Source: Minisyncoccota bacterium (GTDB lineage Bacteria; Patescibacteriota; Minisyncoccia; Phycocordibacterales; JABMNX01). Taken from it: DNA of 64,000 bases. Position numbers and translations under genes: made by a program. The notes beneath the pieces are model-generated. The model had not been told where the DNA came from, made no database searches, and worked only from the letters and a program-made list of their open reading frames with translations. Where the stretch lies: positions 7,852-71,851 of the forward strand of contig JAPHQU010000003.1 in NCBI GenBank assembly GCA_026195275.1. The letters run 5' to 3'. Shown here in pieces: positions 9,944 through 19,618 of this stretch (position 1 is its first letter; each line of letters opens with the position of its first letter).

Positions 9944-10202
9944 ACTCTGCGGACGTTTCAGTGTACATGCATGTCAGTACAAAGAGAAATAATACACGGT
10001 TTGTGTGTTATTTTCAATGCTTTTATACCAAGAGCGGGGGAGGCGTCAGGTTTCTAAACTCGCTCCGCTCATTAAGAACCTCCTGCCCGGGCTCGGTTAT
10101 CGCCGCAGCACGGCTGCGTCGGCTTCGCAACCTCCGCCTTTCGATCCTCGCCTCAGCAAGAAACAAAATCGCGAGATACGCTGTATCCCGCTCTTTGTTT
10201 CT

Positions 10203-10286
10203 GGTGCCGAGGGCGGGGATCGAACCCACATCCCGTAAGGGACCCGATTTTAAGTCGAGCGTGTATACCAGTTCCACCACCTCGGC
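10203..10286 (-). tRNA. tRNA-Leu (anticodon TAA), CCA encoded
   Basis: Anticodon loop CTTAAAA, long variable arm, 3' CCA present in the DNA. Confidence 0.8.
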
Positions 10287-10317
10287 ATTTTATGTGCTGT
10301 CAGTATGCACCTCCGTG

Positions 10318-10389
10318 AGGCCCGGGCGGGAATCGAACCCGCGCATGGAGGATTTGCAGTCCCCAGCGTTACCACTTCGCCACCGAGCC
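10318..10389 (-). tRNA. tRNA-Cys (anticodon GCA)
   Basis: Anticodon loop CTGCAAA, T-loop GGTTCGATTCC, 7-bp acceptor stem with one G-U pair. Confidence 0.8.
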
Positions 10390-10550
10390 ATGATGATCAT
10401 CTTAACACGATTCCCGCCCGGATCGGGCGTGTAACGATCCTTGCAGGATCAGTACACCTTTCGGATGTTTTTGTTCGCTATACTCAAAAAATACCTCGAA
10501 AGGTTTTGCGATGCAGCTCCCGCTTCGCGGGTTCCCAGACGCTGCATCTC

Positions 10551-10603
10551 ACCCGCGCATGGAGGGTTTACGGTCTCTAGTGTTACCACTTCACCACCGT
10601 GCC
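10551..10603 (-). repeat. degenerate tRNA-Cys-like 5' half (pseudo-tRNA fragment)
   Basis: About 80% identical to tRNA-Cys positions 1-53, but the anticodon stem no longer pairs and the T-loop is replaced by a nested hairpin. Confidence 0.55.
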
Positions 10604-10608
10604 AATTA

Positions 10609-10932
10609 TTAGAAGTCCTGAGAGAGTTCTTCTATGTGTTGTCGATGTTTTTCTCCTTCATCAATCTTGAATTCAACAAAAGGAATCCTCTTAAGGGAGA
10701 GGTGCGACTTCAAGTATGATTTAAAGTCGCTCCGTCGTCTTCGAGCAAAATGGAGCGCTTGCTCTTCTTGGTCGCTTGGGTAGACGGTAAAGTACACCGT
10801 TGCATTACGAAAGTCCTTCGAAATGTCCGCTGACGTCACTGTGATAAGCGACAGTCGATTTGATTCAAGATTAAAGAAGTCAGCAGCAGCATCTTTGACT
10901 TGAAGCGCGACTTGCTCACTTCTTTGCGACAT
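10609..10932 (-). CDS. rbfA: ribosome-binding factor A
   Basis: Immediately downstream of infB, 107 aa, RbfA-like KH fold. Confidence 0.7.
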   Translation of the reverse strand: MSQRSEQVALQVKDAAADFFNLESNRLSLITVTSADISKDFRNATVYFTVYPSDQEEQALHFARRRRSDFKSYLKSHLSLKRIPFVEFKIDEGEKHRQHIEELSQDF

Positions 10933-10938
10933 AATAGC

Positions 10939-12450
10939 TTATTTCTTAACGATAACAAAGCTTTCAATCCTGTCGTGTGGTGCGAGTTCGACCCGTGATT
11001 CAATCTGTGCACCAAATTCGGTACCAGCGGCAACCTCCTTTGTTTCCGCTTTTTGTTGTTGAAGGTTGGTGATCTTGCCGGTACCGACTCGATTGTCGCG
11101 TCGGATTATCTGGACTGTGTTGCCAACCTTGAGAACACCCTCTTCAGCGCGCCCACCAACGACTTGTTTGTCTTTTGTTTTACTAAACACCTTAAGAAGT
11201 GTTGCGCGACCGGTAAGCTCTTCGACATCTATTTTGGGCGCGCGTTGCTTCACTTCTTCTTCAAGCCATTCGGCGAGTTTGTAGATAATATCAAAGGTAT
11301 ACACTTCAATTGCGCTACGTGTCGCAAGGTCGCGTGCCGCCGGGTCGGCACTTACGTTAAACCCGATTACGAGGGTATTTGGGTCGCCTTGTGCTGTCTT
11401 AATATCTCCCTCAGAAATTGATCCGACATTCTTTTGGATGACGCGGATATGCACTCGGTCATGCTGTATCTTCGCGATTTCGTGCTCAATCGCCTCAATA
11501 GAACCAAGAACGTCAGCGCGTAGAATCACGGGGATAGTCAACGTCTCGTCGCCCTCGGCAGTTATTGGCGCCATAACATCTGCTTGCGAGACCTCCTCTC
11601 GATGTGCGAGCGCGTCACGCTCGGCATCCTTCTTATTTGTATATGTTGCAAACAGTTCTCCTGCCGACGGCACCGAGTCGAAGCCGATGATACGTACCGG
11701 ACTTGAAAATTGTGCCGCAGTAATACTTTTGCCGGTGAAGTCTTCAAGGATGCGTACTGGCGCGACACTTCCACCAGCTCGCACGAACATACCTTTCTGG
11801 AGCGCGCCGTCTTTTATAAGGAGAGTGGCAAGGATGCCTTTTTGGGTATCGCGATACGCCTCAATCACCACTCCGGTTGCGAGTGTGTCGGGGTTACCTG
11901 AAAGATCAGCAAGGTCGGCAACCAGAAGCATCATATCGAGAAGATCGTCCACTCCCTCACCGCTTTTCGCTGAAATCGGAACAAAAGGGATATCGCCTCC
12001 CATGCCTTCAAGGTAGATGCCCGCTTCAAGCAGATTCGCTTTTGTGCGCTCAACGTTTGCTTCAGGCTTATCGATCTTGTTGATAGCGACAATGCAGGGG
12101 ACCCCGCTTTTCTTGATCGCCTCAAACGCCTCCATGGTCTGAGTCTTTGCACCTTCTTCAGCGGAGACGACTAGAATCGCGATATCAGCAACTTTACTCC
12201 CTCGCGAGCGCATCTTTGAGAAGGATTCATGCCCCGGGGTATCGAGGAAAGTGATCATGCGCAGCTCGCCCTCTTGATCGGTGTGTGCGACCTCATAAGC
12301 GGAGATATGTTGTGTAATACCACCTGCCTCTCCGGCGACTACGTTTGTTTTGCGGATGTAGTCAAGAAGCGCCGATTTACCATGATCGACATGACCCATA
12401 ACCACGATCACCGGGGCCCGTTTTCTTACGTTTTTTGCTTCTTTTTTCAT
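10939..12450 (-). CDS. infB: translation initiation factor IF-2 (short form lacking the N-terminal domains)
   Basis: GHVDHGKS G1 motif, DTPGH G3 motif, NKID G4 motif, C-terminal beta-barrels. 503 aa. Confidence 0.9.
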   Translation of the reverse strand: MKKEAKNVRKRAPVIVVMGHVDHGKSALLDYIRKTNVVAGEAGGITQHISAYEVAHTDQEGELRMITFLDTPGHESFSKMRSRGSKVADIAILVVSAEEGAKTQTMEAFEAIKKSGVPCIVAINKIDKPEANVERTKANLLEAGIYLEGMGGDIPFVPISAKSGEGVDDLLDMMLLVADLADLSGNPDTLATGVVIEAYRDTQKGILATLLIKDGALQKGMFVRAGGSVAPVRILEDFTGKSITAAQFSSPVRIIGFDSVPSAGELFATYTNKKDAERDALAHREEVSQADVMAPITAEGDETLTIPVILRADVLGSIEAIEHEIAKIQHDRVHIRVIQKNVGSISEGDIKTAQGDPNTLVIGFNVSADPAARDLATRSAIEVYTFDIIYKLAEWLEEEVKQRAPKIDVEELTGRATLLKVFSKTKDKQVVGGRAEEGVLKVGNTVQIIRRDNRVGTGKITNLQQQKAETKEVAAGTEFGAQIESRVELAPHDRIESFVIVKK

Positions 12451-12475
12451 AACCGATGTGTTGTGTATCCATACG

Positions 12476-12970
12476 CTACGCCTCTCTGTTCTTCATTGCA
12501 AGCTTTGCTCTCTGAATCGCTTCTTTCTCTTCATCGCTGAGTTCGTGAGGAGAGGCAAACTTCTCGATTGGTTTTGAGAAGAAACTCATACGATCTCGGG
12601 CGTAGAGTGTCGAGATAACCACACCATCGCCATCTTCATTGAGGAAGGCAGTTGAAAAACTCTGGTTGCCGCCCGTACCGACTCCCTTAAAGGGGTTGAA
12701 CCTGATGGTGCCTACCCCTTGTACACTTCTTCGGAGACGCACTTCTACGCTTTGTAGGTATTGCTCAACCTCATTTTGAAACAGAGAAAGTCTGCTGTGC
12801 CCGTCTCTAATGTTTTTTATTGTATCCTCAAGACTGCGTGCGTCTTTACCCATGAGTAAGCGACGCACCTTTATCTCCAACCGAATGTTCCAGACCAAAA
12901 GGAATACCAACAGAGTGCCAAGTGCATAGATAAGAACGTCTGCGTGTGTTTCAAAGAAGGGGAGAATCAT
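12476..12970 (-). CDS. DUF4446-like membrane-anchored protein
   Basis: N-terminal TM helix plus RFNPFxG...GGNQSFS motif. The family assignment is from memory. Confidence 0.4.
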   Translation of the reverse strand: MILPFFETHADVLIYALGTLLVFLLVWNIRLEIKVRRLLMGKDARSLEDTIKNIRDGHSRLSLFQNEVEQYLQSVEVRLRRSVQGVGTIRFNPFKGVGTGGNQSFSTAFLNEDGDGVVISTLYARDRMSFFSKPIEKFASPHELSDEEKEAIQRAKLAMKNREA

Positions 12971-13097
12971 AGGAGTCTACGTTATAGATAGGCATTATAC
13001 ACGGACACTTCAGTTTTGCAAAAGACAAAGAAAGGCTACAATAGCAGATAATGATTGCGCACATATGAAGAACTTCTTTCGGAAAAAACGTATCTAT

Positions 13098-14264
13098 ATG
13101 GATTATGCCGCGGCTACACCGCTTGATCGGCGGGTTGAGCGTGCAATGCGCCCTTACTGGAGCGAGCGCTTTGGAAACCCCGGTGGACTGCATCAGGAAG
13201 GACGGATTGCGAAAGAGGCGGTGGTTGAGGCACGCACCGCTATTGCACACACCCTCCATGTTCGGCCGGAAGAAGTGGTCTTTACCGGCAGTGGAACCGA
13301 AGGAAACAGCCTTGCGCTTATCGGGTATATGTATGCGCTCAAAGAGCGCAGTGAACTTAAGGGTGCACATATGATCGTGAGTGCGCTCGAGCACCCGTCG
13401 GTGCGAGACTGCTTCTCGTTCTTCGAGGAGATGGGGGTAGAGGTTGATTTTATTGATGGTGATGAGCAGGGCATCATCCGTCCCGAGCAAGTTCGCAAAT
13501 TTTTACGAAAAGAGACCCGCCTTGTCTCGGTCGGATACGTGAATAATGAGATCGGGACGGTACAGCCGATTAAAGAAATCGCACGTGAGATACGCGCATT
13601 CGAGAAGAAGGAAGATGTTTCTATTGTTTTCCATACTGATGCGAGTCAAGCGCCACTTTATTTTAATTGTACACCCGAGTACCTCGGTGTTGACCTCGAG
13701 ACATTTGATGGTCAGAAGATATATGGACCAAAGGGTGTCGGTTGTCTCTATAAGAGTAATAAGGTGACACTCTCGCCGATTATGCGCGGTGGCAGTCAAG
13801 AGTACGGTTTACGACCAGGAACAGAGAACGTCCCACTTATTGTTGGTATGAAGGAAGCGCTTATTCGGGCCGCAGCAGATTACATCCACGAAAGCAAAGA
13901 GATCGGGGAGCTTCAAGAATACTTTTTTGCGCTTCTCGAGAAAGAGATCCCGCGATCGATCGTCAACGGTACCCGTGCGCACCGCTCACCAAGCAACGTA
14001 AACATCTCCATACCGGGTATTGATAACGAGTACCTTGCGGTCGCACTCGATGAGCATGGAGTTGCGGTTGCAACAAAAAGCGCATGCATTGGACACGGGA
14101 CAGGGAAGCACTCGTATGTGGTTGCGTCGCTCTCAGGCGATGTCGAGCGGGCTGAAAGCGCGGTCAGATTCTCTCTTGGTCGAGGGGTTCGCAAGCGAGA
14201 TATTGATCGCGTTGTTGCTATTCTTAAAGCAGAGGTGGCAAAGATTGACAGGCTTAAGTTGTAG
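13098..14264 (+). CDS. cysteine desulfurase (aminotransferase class V, IscS/NifS-like)
   Basis: N-terminal MDYAAATP, PLP-lysine region, C-terminal CIGHG-like motif. Confidence 0.8.
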   Translation: MDYAAATPLDRRVERAMRPYWSERFGNPGGLHQEGRIAKEAVVEARTAIAHTLHVRPEEVVFTGSGTEGNSLALIGYMYALKERSELKGAHMIVSALEHPSVRDCFSFFEEMGVEVDFIDGDEQGIIRPEQVRKFLRKETRLVSVGYVNNEIGTVQPIKEIAREIRAFEKKEDVSIVFHTDASQAPLYFNCTPEYLGVDLETFDGQKIYGPKGVGCLYKSNKVTLSPIMRGGSQEYGLRPGTENVPLIVGMKEALIRAAADYIHESKEIGELQEYFFALLEKEIPRSIVNGTRAHRSPSNVNISIPGIDNEYLAVALDEHGVAVATKSACIGHGTGKHSYVVASLSGDVERAESAVRFSLGRGVRKRDIDRVVAILKAEVAKIDRLKL

Positions 14265-14357
14265 TGTTACTTTGCAATCGGTAGATTCTCTCTCGGAGTA
14301 TCTTCGATGGTGGCATCTCCTTGCGATGGTGATTGTGGTTCGGTATTATAGGAGCAT

Positions 14358-15266
14358 ATGGATATTGAGAGACTCACCAAAGCACAGATCGTCTTGCTAA
14401 CGCTCCTCGTCAGCTTTGTGACATCTATTGCAACCGGTATTGTTACGGTGACACTCCTTGACCAAGCTCCTCCGGTGGTCACACAGACCATTAACCGCGT
14501 CGTTGAACATACAGTAGAGCGCGTTGTTCCCGGTGAGCAGACCGCGACCGTGATAACGAAAGAGAAGACAGTTGTGGTCAACGAAGACGACCTGATCACG
14601 CAGTCTATCGAGGAGAACACCGACAAGATCGTTAAGGTGTACCGAGAGACAGAGCTTGGCTCGGTGTACCTCGGTGCTGGTGCAATCGTGTCAAAGGACG
14701 GTGTGGTCGCAGCTGCAATCGATCGATCAATGCTTGGTGGAGGAACATTCTTTACAGTTGTCTTCGGAAACGGTAAGACCGCCAAAGGTGAATTGGTGCC
14801 GCCCGCTCAGGAGAAGCCAACAGCGCTCATTCGGCTCACATTTACTGAAGAGAACGGCGTGATTCCCGGAAGTATCAAGTATGGTGACATCAACTCACTC
14901 AAGCTTGGACAACGTGTGCTTACCCTCTATGGTAAAGGACGACTCAGTGTTGAGACCGGTATCATCGCGGGTCTCGATGAAGAGGAAACCGAGATAGCAA
15001 AGACAGAAGAAGAAGAGGGCGCGCAGGACGCGGAGCCCACAATAGTGTCGGTTCTTACCGCTATCGAAACAAGCATGAGCGGTGCACACATAGAGAGAGG
15101 CGGTGTTCTCCTCAATCTCTATGGTGAAGTGGTTGGTATCAGCACAGCCAGGAGTCGCCTGGGCGGCGGCGCACGCTTCACCCCGATTCAGGTGGTGCAA
15201 TCACAAATAATCGAACTTGCCGCGGCAGAGGCGGCGGCCGCTGAAGGTGCGGAAGGATCACAATAG
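14358..15266 (+). CDS. membrane-anchored trypsin-like (HtrA/S1C-like) domain protein, probably catalytically degenerate
   Basis: N-terminal TM helix. The segments align to an HtrA protease domain, but the catalytic-His position reads VAAAID and the Ser motif is atypical (SMSGAH). Confidence 0.4.
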   Translation: MDIERLTKAQIVLLTLLVSFVTSIATGIVTVTLLDQAPPVVTQTINRVVEHTVERVVPGEQTATVITKEKTVVVNEDDLITQSIEENTDKIVKVYRETELGSVYLGAGAIVSKDGVVAAAIDRSMLGGGTFFTVVFGNGKTAKGELVPPAQEKPTALIRLTFTEENGVIPGSIKYGDINSLKLGQRVLTLYGKGRLSVETGIIAGLDEEETEIAKTEEEEGAQDAEPTIVSVLTAIETSMSGAHIERGGVLLNLYGEVVGISTARSRLGGGARFTPIQVVQSQIIELAAAEAAAAEGAEGSQ

Positions 15267-15315
15267 TAGGGTAAGTTGTATACCTCTAATCATCTAAAAC
15301 CTAATTCTCTGGGAC

Positions 15316-18006
15316 ATGACACCATTCAACAATTTCACGAATAAAGCAAAAGAAGCGGTGCGCAAGGCGCACGAGCTGGGGATTGAGCGTGGTCAAAATC
15401 ACATCAACCCTCTTCATCTTCTCACCGCACTTGTGCTGCAAGAAGAGAGTATGGTGCTTTCAATACTTGAGCGTATGGATATAGACACTATTGGACTCAC
15501 TGATGTCCTTATTGAGGCAATGGAGGGGTTTGAGGGAGGCTCGGTTCTCTCAACATCTCACCAACTCTATCTCACCCCTGAGCTCGCGCAGGTGCTTGAG
15601 GAAGCAGGTAAGGTAGCGGAGAGTTTCAGTGACTCGTTTGTCTCAACAGAGCATCTGCTCATCGCGATTATCGATAATCCGGGACCGGCACGCGAGGTAT
15701 TGATGCAGTTTCAGATTGATCGGAACGCAGTCCTCAATGTGTTTAACGAGCTTCGTGAGAGCGGTGAGGGAGCAGAGTCTTCTGGAAGTCGGCAGAACCG
15801 GGCACTCGGTCGCTACACACGCTCGCTTACGACGCTCGCTACCGAGAATAAACTCGACCCAGTCATTGGTCGTGATAAGGAGATTACACGAGTGATCCAG
15901 ATTCTCTCGCGCCGCACCAAGAACAACCCGATCCTTATTGGAGAGCCTGGAGTGGGAAAGACCGCAATTGCTGAGGGTCTTGCACAACGTATGGCCTCGG
16001 GCGACGTCCCTGAATCACTCAAGAATAAAGAACTCGTGATACTCGACCTTGGTCTTCTTATTGCGGGGACCAAGTACCGTGGAGAATTTGAAGAGCGTCT
16101 CAAGAGTATTATGAAAGAAGTTGAGCGTGCAGAAGGGAGAATCATTCTCTTTATTGACGAGATTCACACACTCGTGGGGGCCGGTGCCGCTGAAGGATCA
16201 ATGGACGCATCAAACATGCTCAAGCCCGCTCTTGCGCGAGGTGAGCTTCGGGTAATCGGTGCTACCACACTCAAGGAGTACCAAAAGCATATCGAACGAG
16301 ATGCCGCACTCACCCGTCGTTTTCAGCCGGTTTATGTAAGTGAGCCGGGTATCGAGGATGCGGTTGCTATTTTGCGCGGCCTTAAGGAAAAGTACGAACT
16401 CTTCCACGGCGTGCATATTACTGACGATGCAATCGTCTCAGCAGTGACGCTCTCATCACGTTATATTTCCGACCGATTTTTGCCCGATAAGGCGGTTGAT
16501 CTTATTGATGAAGCATCTTCATCACTTCGTATCTCTCTTGAGAATAAGCCGCCAATCCTTGAAGAGACACATCGTAAGGTTGTGCGTCTTGAGATCGAGA
16601 AGGAGGCACTGAAGAAAGATGCGGAGAGTGGCGACAAAAAGGCAAAGGAACGGACCAAGAAGATCGAAAAAGAGATCTCTGACCTTAAAGAAAAAACCTC
16701 AGAGCTTGAGCTCAAATGGACAAACGAGAAAGAGGTTCTTGGAGAGATTAAATCGCTTAAGAAGGAGCTTGAAGAGTTGCGTCTTGAGGCCGAGGCGGCA
16801 GAGGCAACTACCGACCTTGCGCGTGCCGCTGAGATCCGCTACGGTACGATCCCGCAGCTTGAGAAAGATCTCACAAGCAAGACAAAGAGACTTAAGAAGT
16901 TGCAGAGTTCGCGCCGTATTCTTAAAGAAGAGATCACCGAATCAGATATTGCTGACGTGGTGTCCCGCTGGACGGGAATCCCGGTTGCACGGATGCTCGA
17001 AGAAGAAGCAGAAAAACTCTCTCGCATGGAGGAAGAGTTGAAGACACACATTATCGGTCAAGATAATGCGGTGAAGTTGGTGTCTGATGCGGTGAAGCGG
17101 TCGCGTGCCGGGATTTCAGACCCTAATCGGCCGATTGGTTCGTTCCTCTTCCTTGGTCCGACCGGCGTGGGTAAGACTGAGCTTACCAAAGCACTCACTG
17201 AGTTTCTCTTTGATAACGATCAAGCGCTTGTGCGTGTTGATATGTCCGAGTACATGGAGAAACATTCGGTCTCAAAGATCATTGGCTCACCTCCCGGGTA
17301 TGTCGGACACGAAGAGGGAGGAAGTCTGACCGAGACGGTCCGTCACCGCCCGTACTCAGTGCTCCTCTTTGACGAGATCGAGAAGGCACATCCTGAAGTA
17401 TTCAATATCTTACTTCAAGTACTCGACAACGGTCACCTCACTGATGCGAAAGGGCGCAAGGTGAATTTTAAAAACACGGTCATCATTTTGACCTCGAATA
17501 TCGGTGCGACGTACATTGATAGTATGACAAAGTTTGGATTTGTGAATAGTGCCGATTCTGATGTCACGCAGTATGATGACGCGAAAGACAAGGTCATGCG
17601 CGCACTTAAAGACCATTTCCGTCCGGAGTTTATCAATCGTCTTGATGAGATTATTATTTTTGACATCCTTTCTCAAAAGGCGATAGAAGAGATTGTGAAG
17701 ATCCAAGTAGGGATTGTTATTGATCGCCTCAGCGAAAAGGAGATTAGACTCAAGGTATCGCCCGAAGTGCTCGCATACTTAGCGAAGAAGGGGTACAACC
17801 CACAGTATGGTGCGCGTCCGCTCAAACGCCTAATCCAGTCAAAGATTCTCACACCAATTGCGAGTCTTATGGTCTCGCGTGGTGTTATGGAAGGTGGAGC
17901 AATATCGGTTGACATAAAAGAGGACGAATTCACTTTTGATGTGAAGAAGCGCCCAGTACGGACACGGAAGATAGCGCCAAAAAAGAAAGCAAAAGTGGGC
18001 GTGTAG
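15316..18006 (+). CDS. clpB: ATP-dependent chaperone ClpB
   Basis: Clp N-domain repeats, two AAA+ modules (GEPGVGKTA; GPTGVGKTE), and the coiled-coil middle domain. 896 aa. Confidence 0.95.
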   Translation: MTPFNNFTNKAKEAVRKAHELGIERGQNHINPLHLLTALVLQEESMVLSILERMDIDTIGLTDVLIEAMEGFEGGSVLSTSHQLYLTPELAQVLEEAGKVAESFSDSFVSTEHLLIAIIDNPGPAREVLMQFQIDRNAVLNVFNELRESGEGAESSGSRQNRALGRYTRSLTTLATENKLDPVIGRDKEITRVIQILSRRTKNNPILIGEPGVGKTAIAEGLAQRMASGDVPESLKNKELVILDLGLLIAGTKYRGEFEERLKSIMKEVERAEGRIILFIDEIHTLVGAGAAEGSMDASNMLKPALARGELRVIGATTLKEYQKHIERDAALTRRFQPVYVSEPGIEDAVAILRGLKEKYELFHGVHITDDAIVSAVTLSSRYISDRFLPDKAVDLIDEASSSLRISLENKPPILEETHRKVVRLEIEKEALKKDAESGDKKAKERTKKIEKEISDLKEKTSELELKWTNEKEVLGEIKSLKKELEELRLEAEAAEATTDLARAAEIRYGTIPQLEKDLTSKTKRLKKLQSSRRILKEEITESDIADVVSRWTGIPVARMLEEEAEKLSRMEEELKTHIIGQDNAVKLVSDAVKRSRAGISDPNRPIGSFLFLGPTGVGKTELTKALTEFLFDNDQALVRVDMSEYMEKHSVSKIIGSPPGYVGHEEGGSLTETVRHRPYSVLLFDEIEKAHPEVFNILLQVLDNGHLTDAKGRKVNFKNTVIILTSNIGATYIDSMTKFGFVNSADSDVTQYDDAKDKVMRALKDHFRPEFINRLDEIIIFDILSQKAIEEIVKIQVGIVIDRLSEKEIRLKVSPEVLAYLAKKGYNPQYGARPLKRLIQSKILTPIASLMVSRGVMEGGAISVDIKEDEFTFDVKKRPVRTRKIAPKKKAKVGV

Positions 18007-18027
18007 ACTGACACTTGTTTAAAAGAA

Positions 18028-18055
18028 AAACACCAACCCCGGGTTGGTGTTTTTG
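18028..18055. terminator. rho-independent terminator after clpB
   Basis: Hairpin caccaaccccgggttggtg followed by a T tract. Confidence 0.6.
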
Positions 18056-18059
18056 ATTG

Positions 18060-18143
18060 TGCGCCGGGTTGGATTTGAACCAACGTAGGGCGATGCCCGT
18101 CAGATTTACAGTCTGATGCAATTGACCACTCTGCCACCGACGC
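18060..18143 (-). tRNA. tRNA-Tyr (anticodon GTA)
   Basis: Anticodon loop CTGTAAA, long variable arm, T-loop GGTTCAAATCC. Confidence 0.8.
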
Positions 18144-18245
18144 AATACAGGCCATTTTATACTGTTTACACCTTTTTCTCAAGCATTTCATTTACACAAA
18201 GATACCTTGTCCTGAGCCGGATTCCCATATATTATTGAATACATA

Positions 18246-19082
18246 ATGAACCTCTCAAGACATTTCACCCCAATCCTCGTCTTTTTAATGGTCCTTGTTG
18301 CAGTGTTTTCTGTGTTCCTCCTCGTGCCACTAGAGGTGCAAGCAGCAGGGCTTGTGCCGTGTGGTGGCCCAGGCGAGCCGGAGTGTAACCTCTGCTATGC
18401 GATGCAGCTAATTCAGAATGTTATCGAGTTTGCGGTGCGCATCACTTTCATCCTCGCCGCACTCCTCTTTGCGTACGCAGGCTTTCTCTTCTTTACCGGC
18501 GGCTCAGACCCAGGGCAGATCAGCAAAGCAAAAAAGGTGTTCACCAATACTTTCATTGGTATTGTGATTGTGCTTACCTCATGGTTGGTTGTCGACATAC
18601 TCCTCAAGACGCTTGCTGGTCAAGGACTCACACCGTTCACGGATATTCTCTGTGGGCAGACGGAGGCTCCAAGGACACAGGCGACCCAACCCTCACAACA
18701 AGGAGGCGGTATACAAGCGAGCGGGAGCCAGCTTACCGGTCCGGGGAGTGGTGCAAAGGAGTACCAATGGACAACAGTTCCTTTTAACCAATACTGTAGT
18801 GATGTAAAAGGCGAAGGATGGGTGAATGTTGATTCGCGTTTTTGTGGCGGGTCCAATCCCGGATCAGAGACGAGTTGTTGTGGCCTCTTTCCTTCGTCAG
18901 CTGACATGGAGACAATAGGTTCGAGCGTCTTTGATGCGGCAAACACTCAAGGTGTTGAGAACTTTGCCAGCCAATGTGCTGATCAGGGTGGATATGTACG
19001 ATATTCATGCCTTTCTTGGGGGTATGACGCGGAGACCGACGTTGAGGTGTGCGAGCGTGCGGAATACAGCTGTATTAAGTAG
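18246..19082 (+). CDS. pilin-like two-TM module fused to a Cys-rich secreted C-terminal domain
   Basis: The N-terminal half is homologous to the 8073-9386 paralogs (AALLFAYAGFLFFTGG...IGIVIVLTSW). The C-terminal ~150 aa contains about 10 Cys. Confidence 0.5.
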   Translation: MNLSRHFTPILVFLMVLVAVFSVFLLVPLEVQAAGLVPCGGPGEPECNLCYAMQLIQNVIEFAVRITFILAALLFAYAGFLFFTGGSDPGQISKAKKVFTNTFIGIVIVLTSWLVVDILLKTLAGQGLTPFTDILCGQTEAPRTQATQPSQQGGGIQASGSQLTGPGSGAKEYQWTTVPFNQYCSDVKGEGWVNVDSRFCGGSNPGSETSCCGLFPSSADMETIGSSVFDAANTQGVENFASQCADQGGYVRYSCLSWGYDAETDVEVCERAEYSCIK

Positions 19083-19140
19083 GGGCGTTTGACCTTTCTC
19101 ACCCTTTTGTTATAGTGTGTGAACTTTTAAAATATACAAT

Positions 19141-19299
19141 ATGTCACAAGATAGATTGATAAAACTCGCGTGCCAGGACTGTAAGCGCATCAACTACTGG
19201 TCAAGCAAAAACAAGAAGCTTGTTGAGCGGAAGATTGAGCTCAAGAAGTGGTGTAAATGGTGCAAAAAGCAGACTCCTCACAAGGAGATGAAGAAATAA
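19141..19299 (+). CDS. rpmG: 50S ribosomal protein L33
   Basis: 52-aa ORF absent from the supplied track. KLACQDCKRINYWSSKNKK...KWCKWCKKQTPHKE zinc-ribbon, L33-like. Confidence 0.8.
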   Translation: MSQDRLIKLACQDCKRINYWSSKNKKLVERKIELKKWCKWCKKQTPHKEMKK

Positions 19300-19345
19300 T
19301 TTATCCAGGTTTTAGGGATTAGGTGTTAGGTAATAGGGGGAAACA

Positions 19346-19371
19346 GAAAAGTGCTCAAATGAGCACTTTTC
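19346..19371 (+). terminator. rho-independent terminator after rpmG
   Basis: Hairpin gaaaagtgctcaaatgagcacttttc. Confidence 0.5.
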
Positions 19372-19394
19372 TGTTATACTACACGGGTATATTT

Positions 19395-19465
19395 GGGCGA
19401 TTAGTTAAGTGGCATAACAAAGGTCTCCAAAACCTTAGTCGGGGGTTCGATTCCCTCATCGCCCG
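19395..19465 (+). tRNA. tRNA-Trp (anticodon CCA)
   Basis: Anticodon stem-loop AAGGT-CTCCAAA-ACCTT, T-loop GGTTCGATTCC. Confidence 0.8.
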
Positions 19466-19475
19466 CAACAAACAA

Positions 19476-19504
19476 GAACAACCCGATGAGGGTTGTTTTT
19501 GTTT
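19476..19504 (+). terminator. terminator after tRNA-Trp
   Basis: Hairpin aacaacccgatgagggttgtt followed by a T tract. Confidence 0.55.
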
Positions 19505-19618
19505 GTCAGAATTGGATGTGATGAGGGAATCGGTGTCAGCTCACTAACCCATTTTCATACGATATATCGTATGAAAATGGGGGGGTGGCTCCTACCCGGA
19601 CTCGCTTCACTCCGTCCT

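Noticed and set aside
10023-10200. Possible SRP (4.5S) or RNase P RNA
   Set aside because: I looked for the SRP domain-IV GGAAGCAGC/AGGUCAGG motifs and the RNase P P4 consensus. Only a loose GCCCGGGCUC resemblance is present, and the region is too short for RNase P. I kept it as an unclassified candidate ncRNA instead.
9961-10580. ORFs 9961-10434 (+), 10023-10280 (-) and 10305-10580 (+) across the tRNA cluster
   Set aside because: They run straight through four tRNA genes and GC-rich structured RNA, so I regard them as non-coding.
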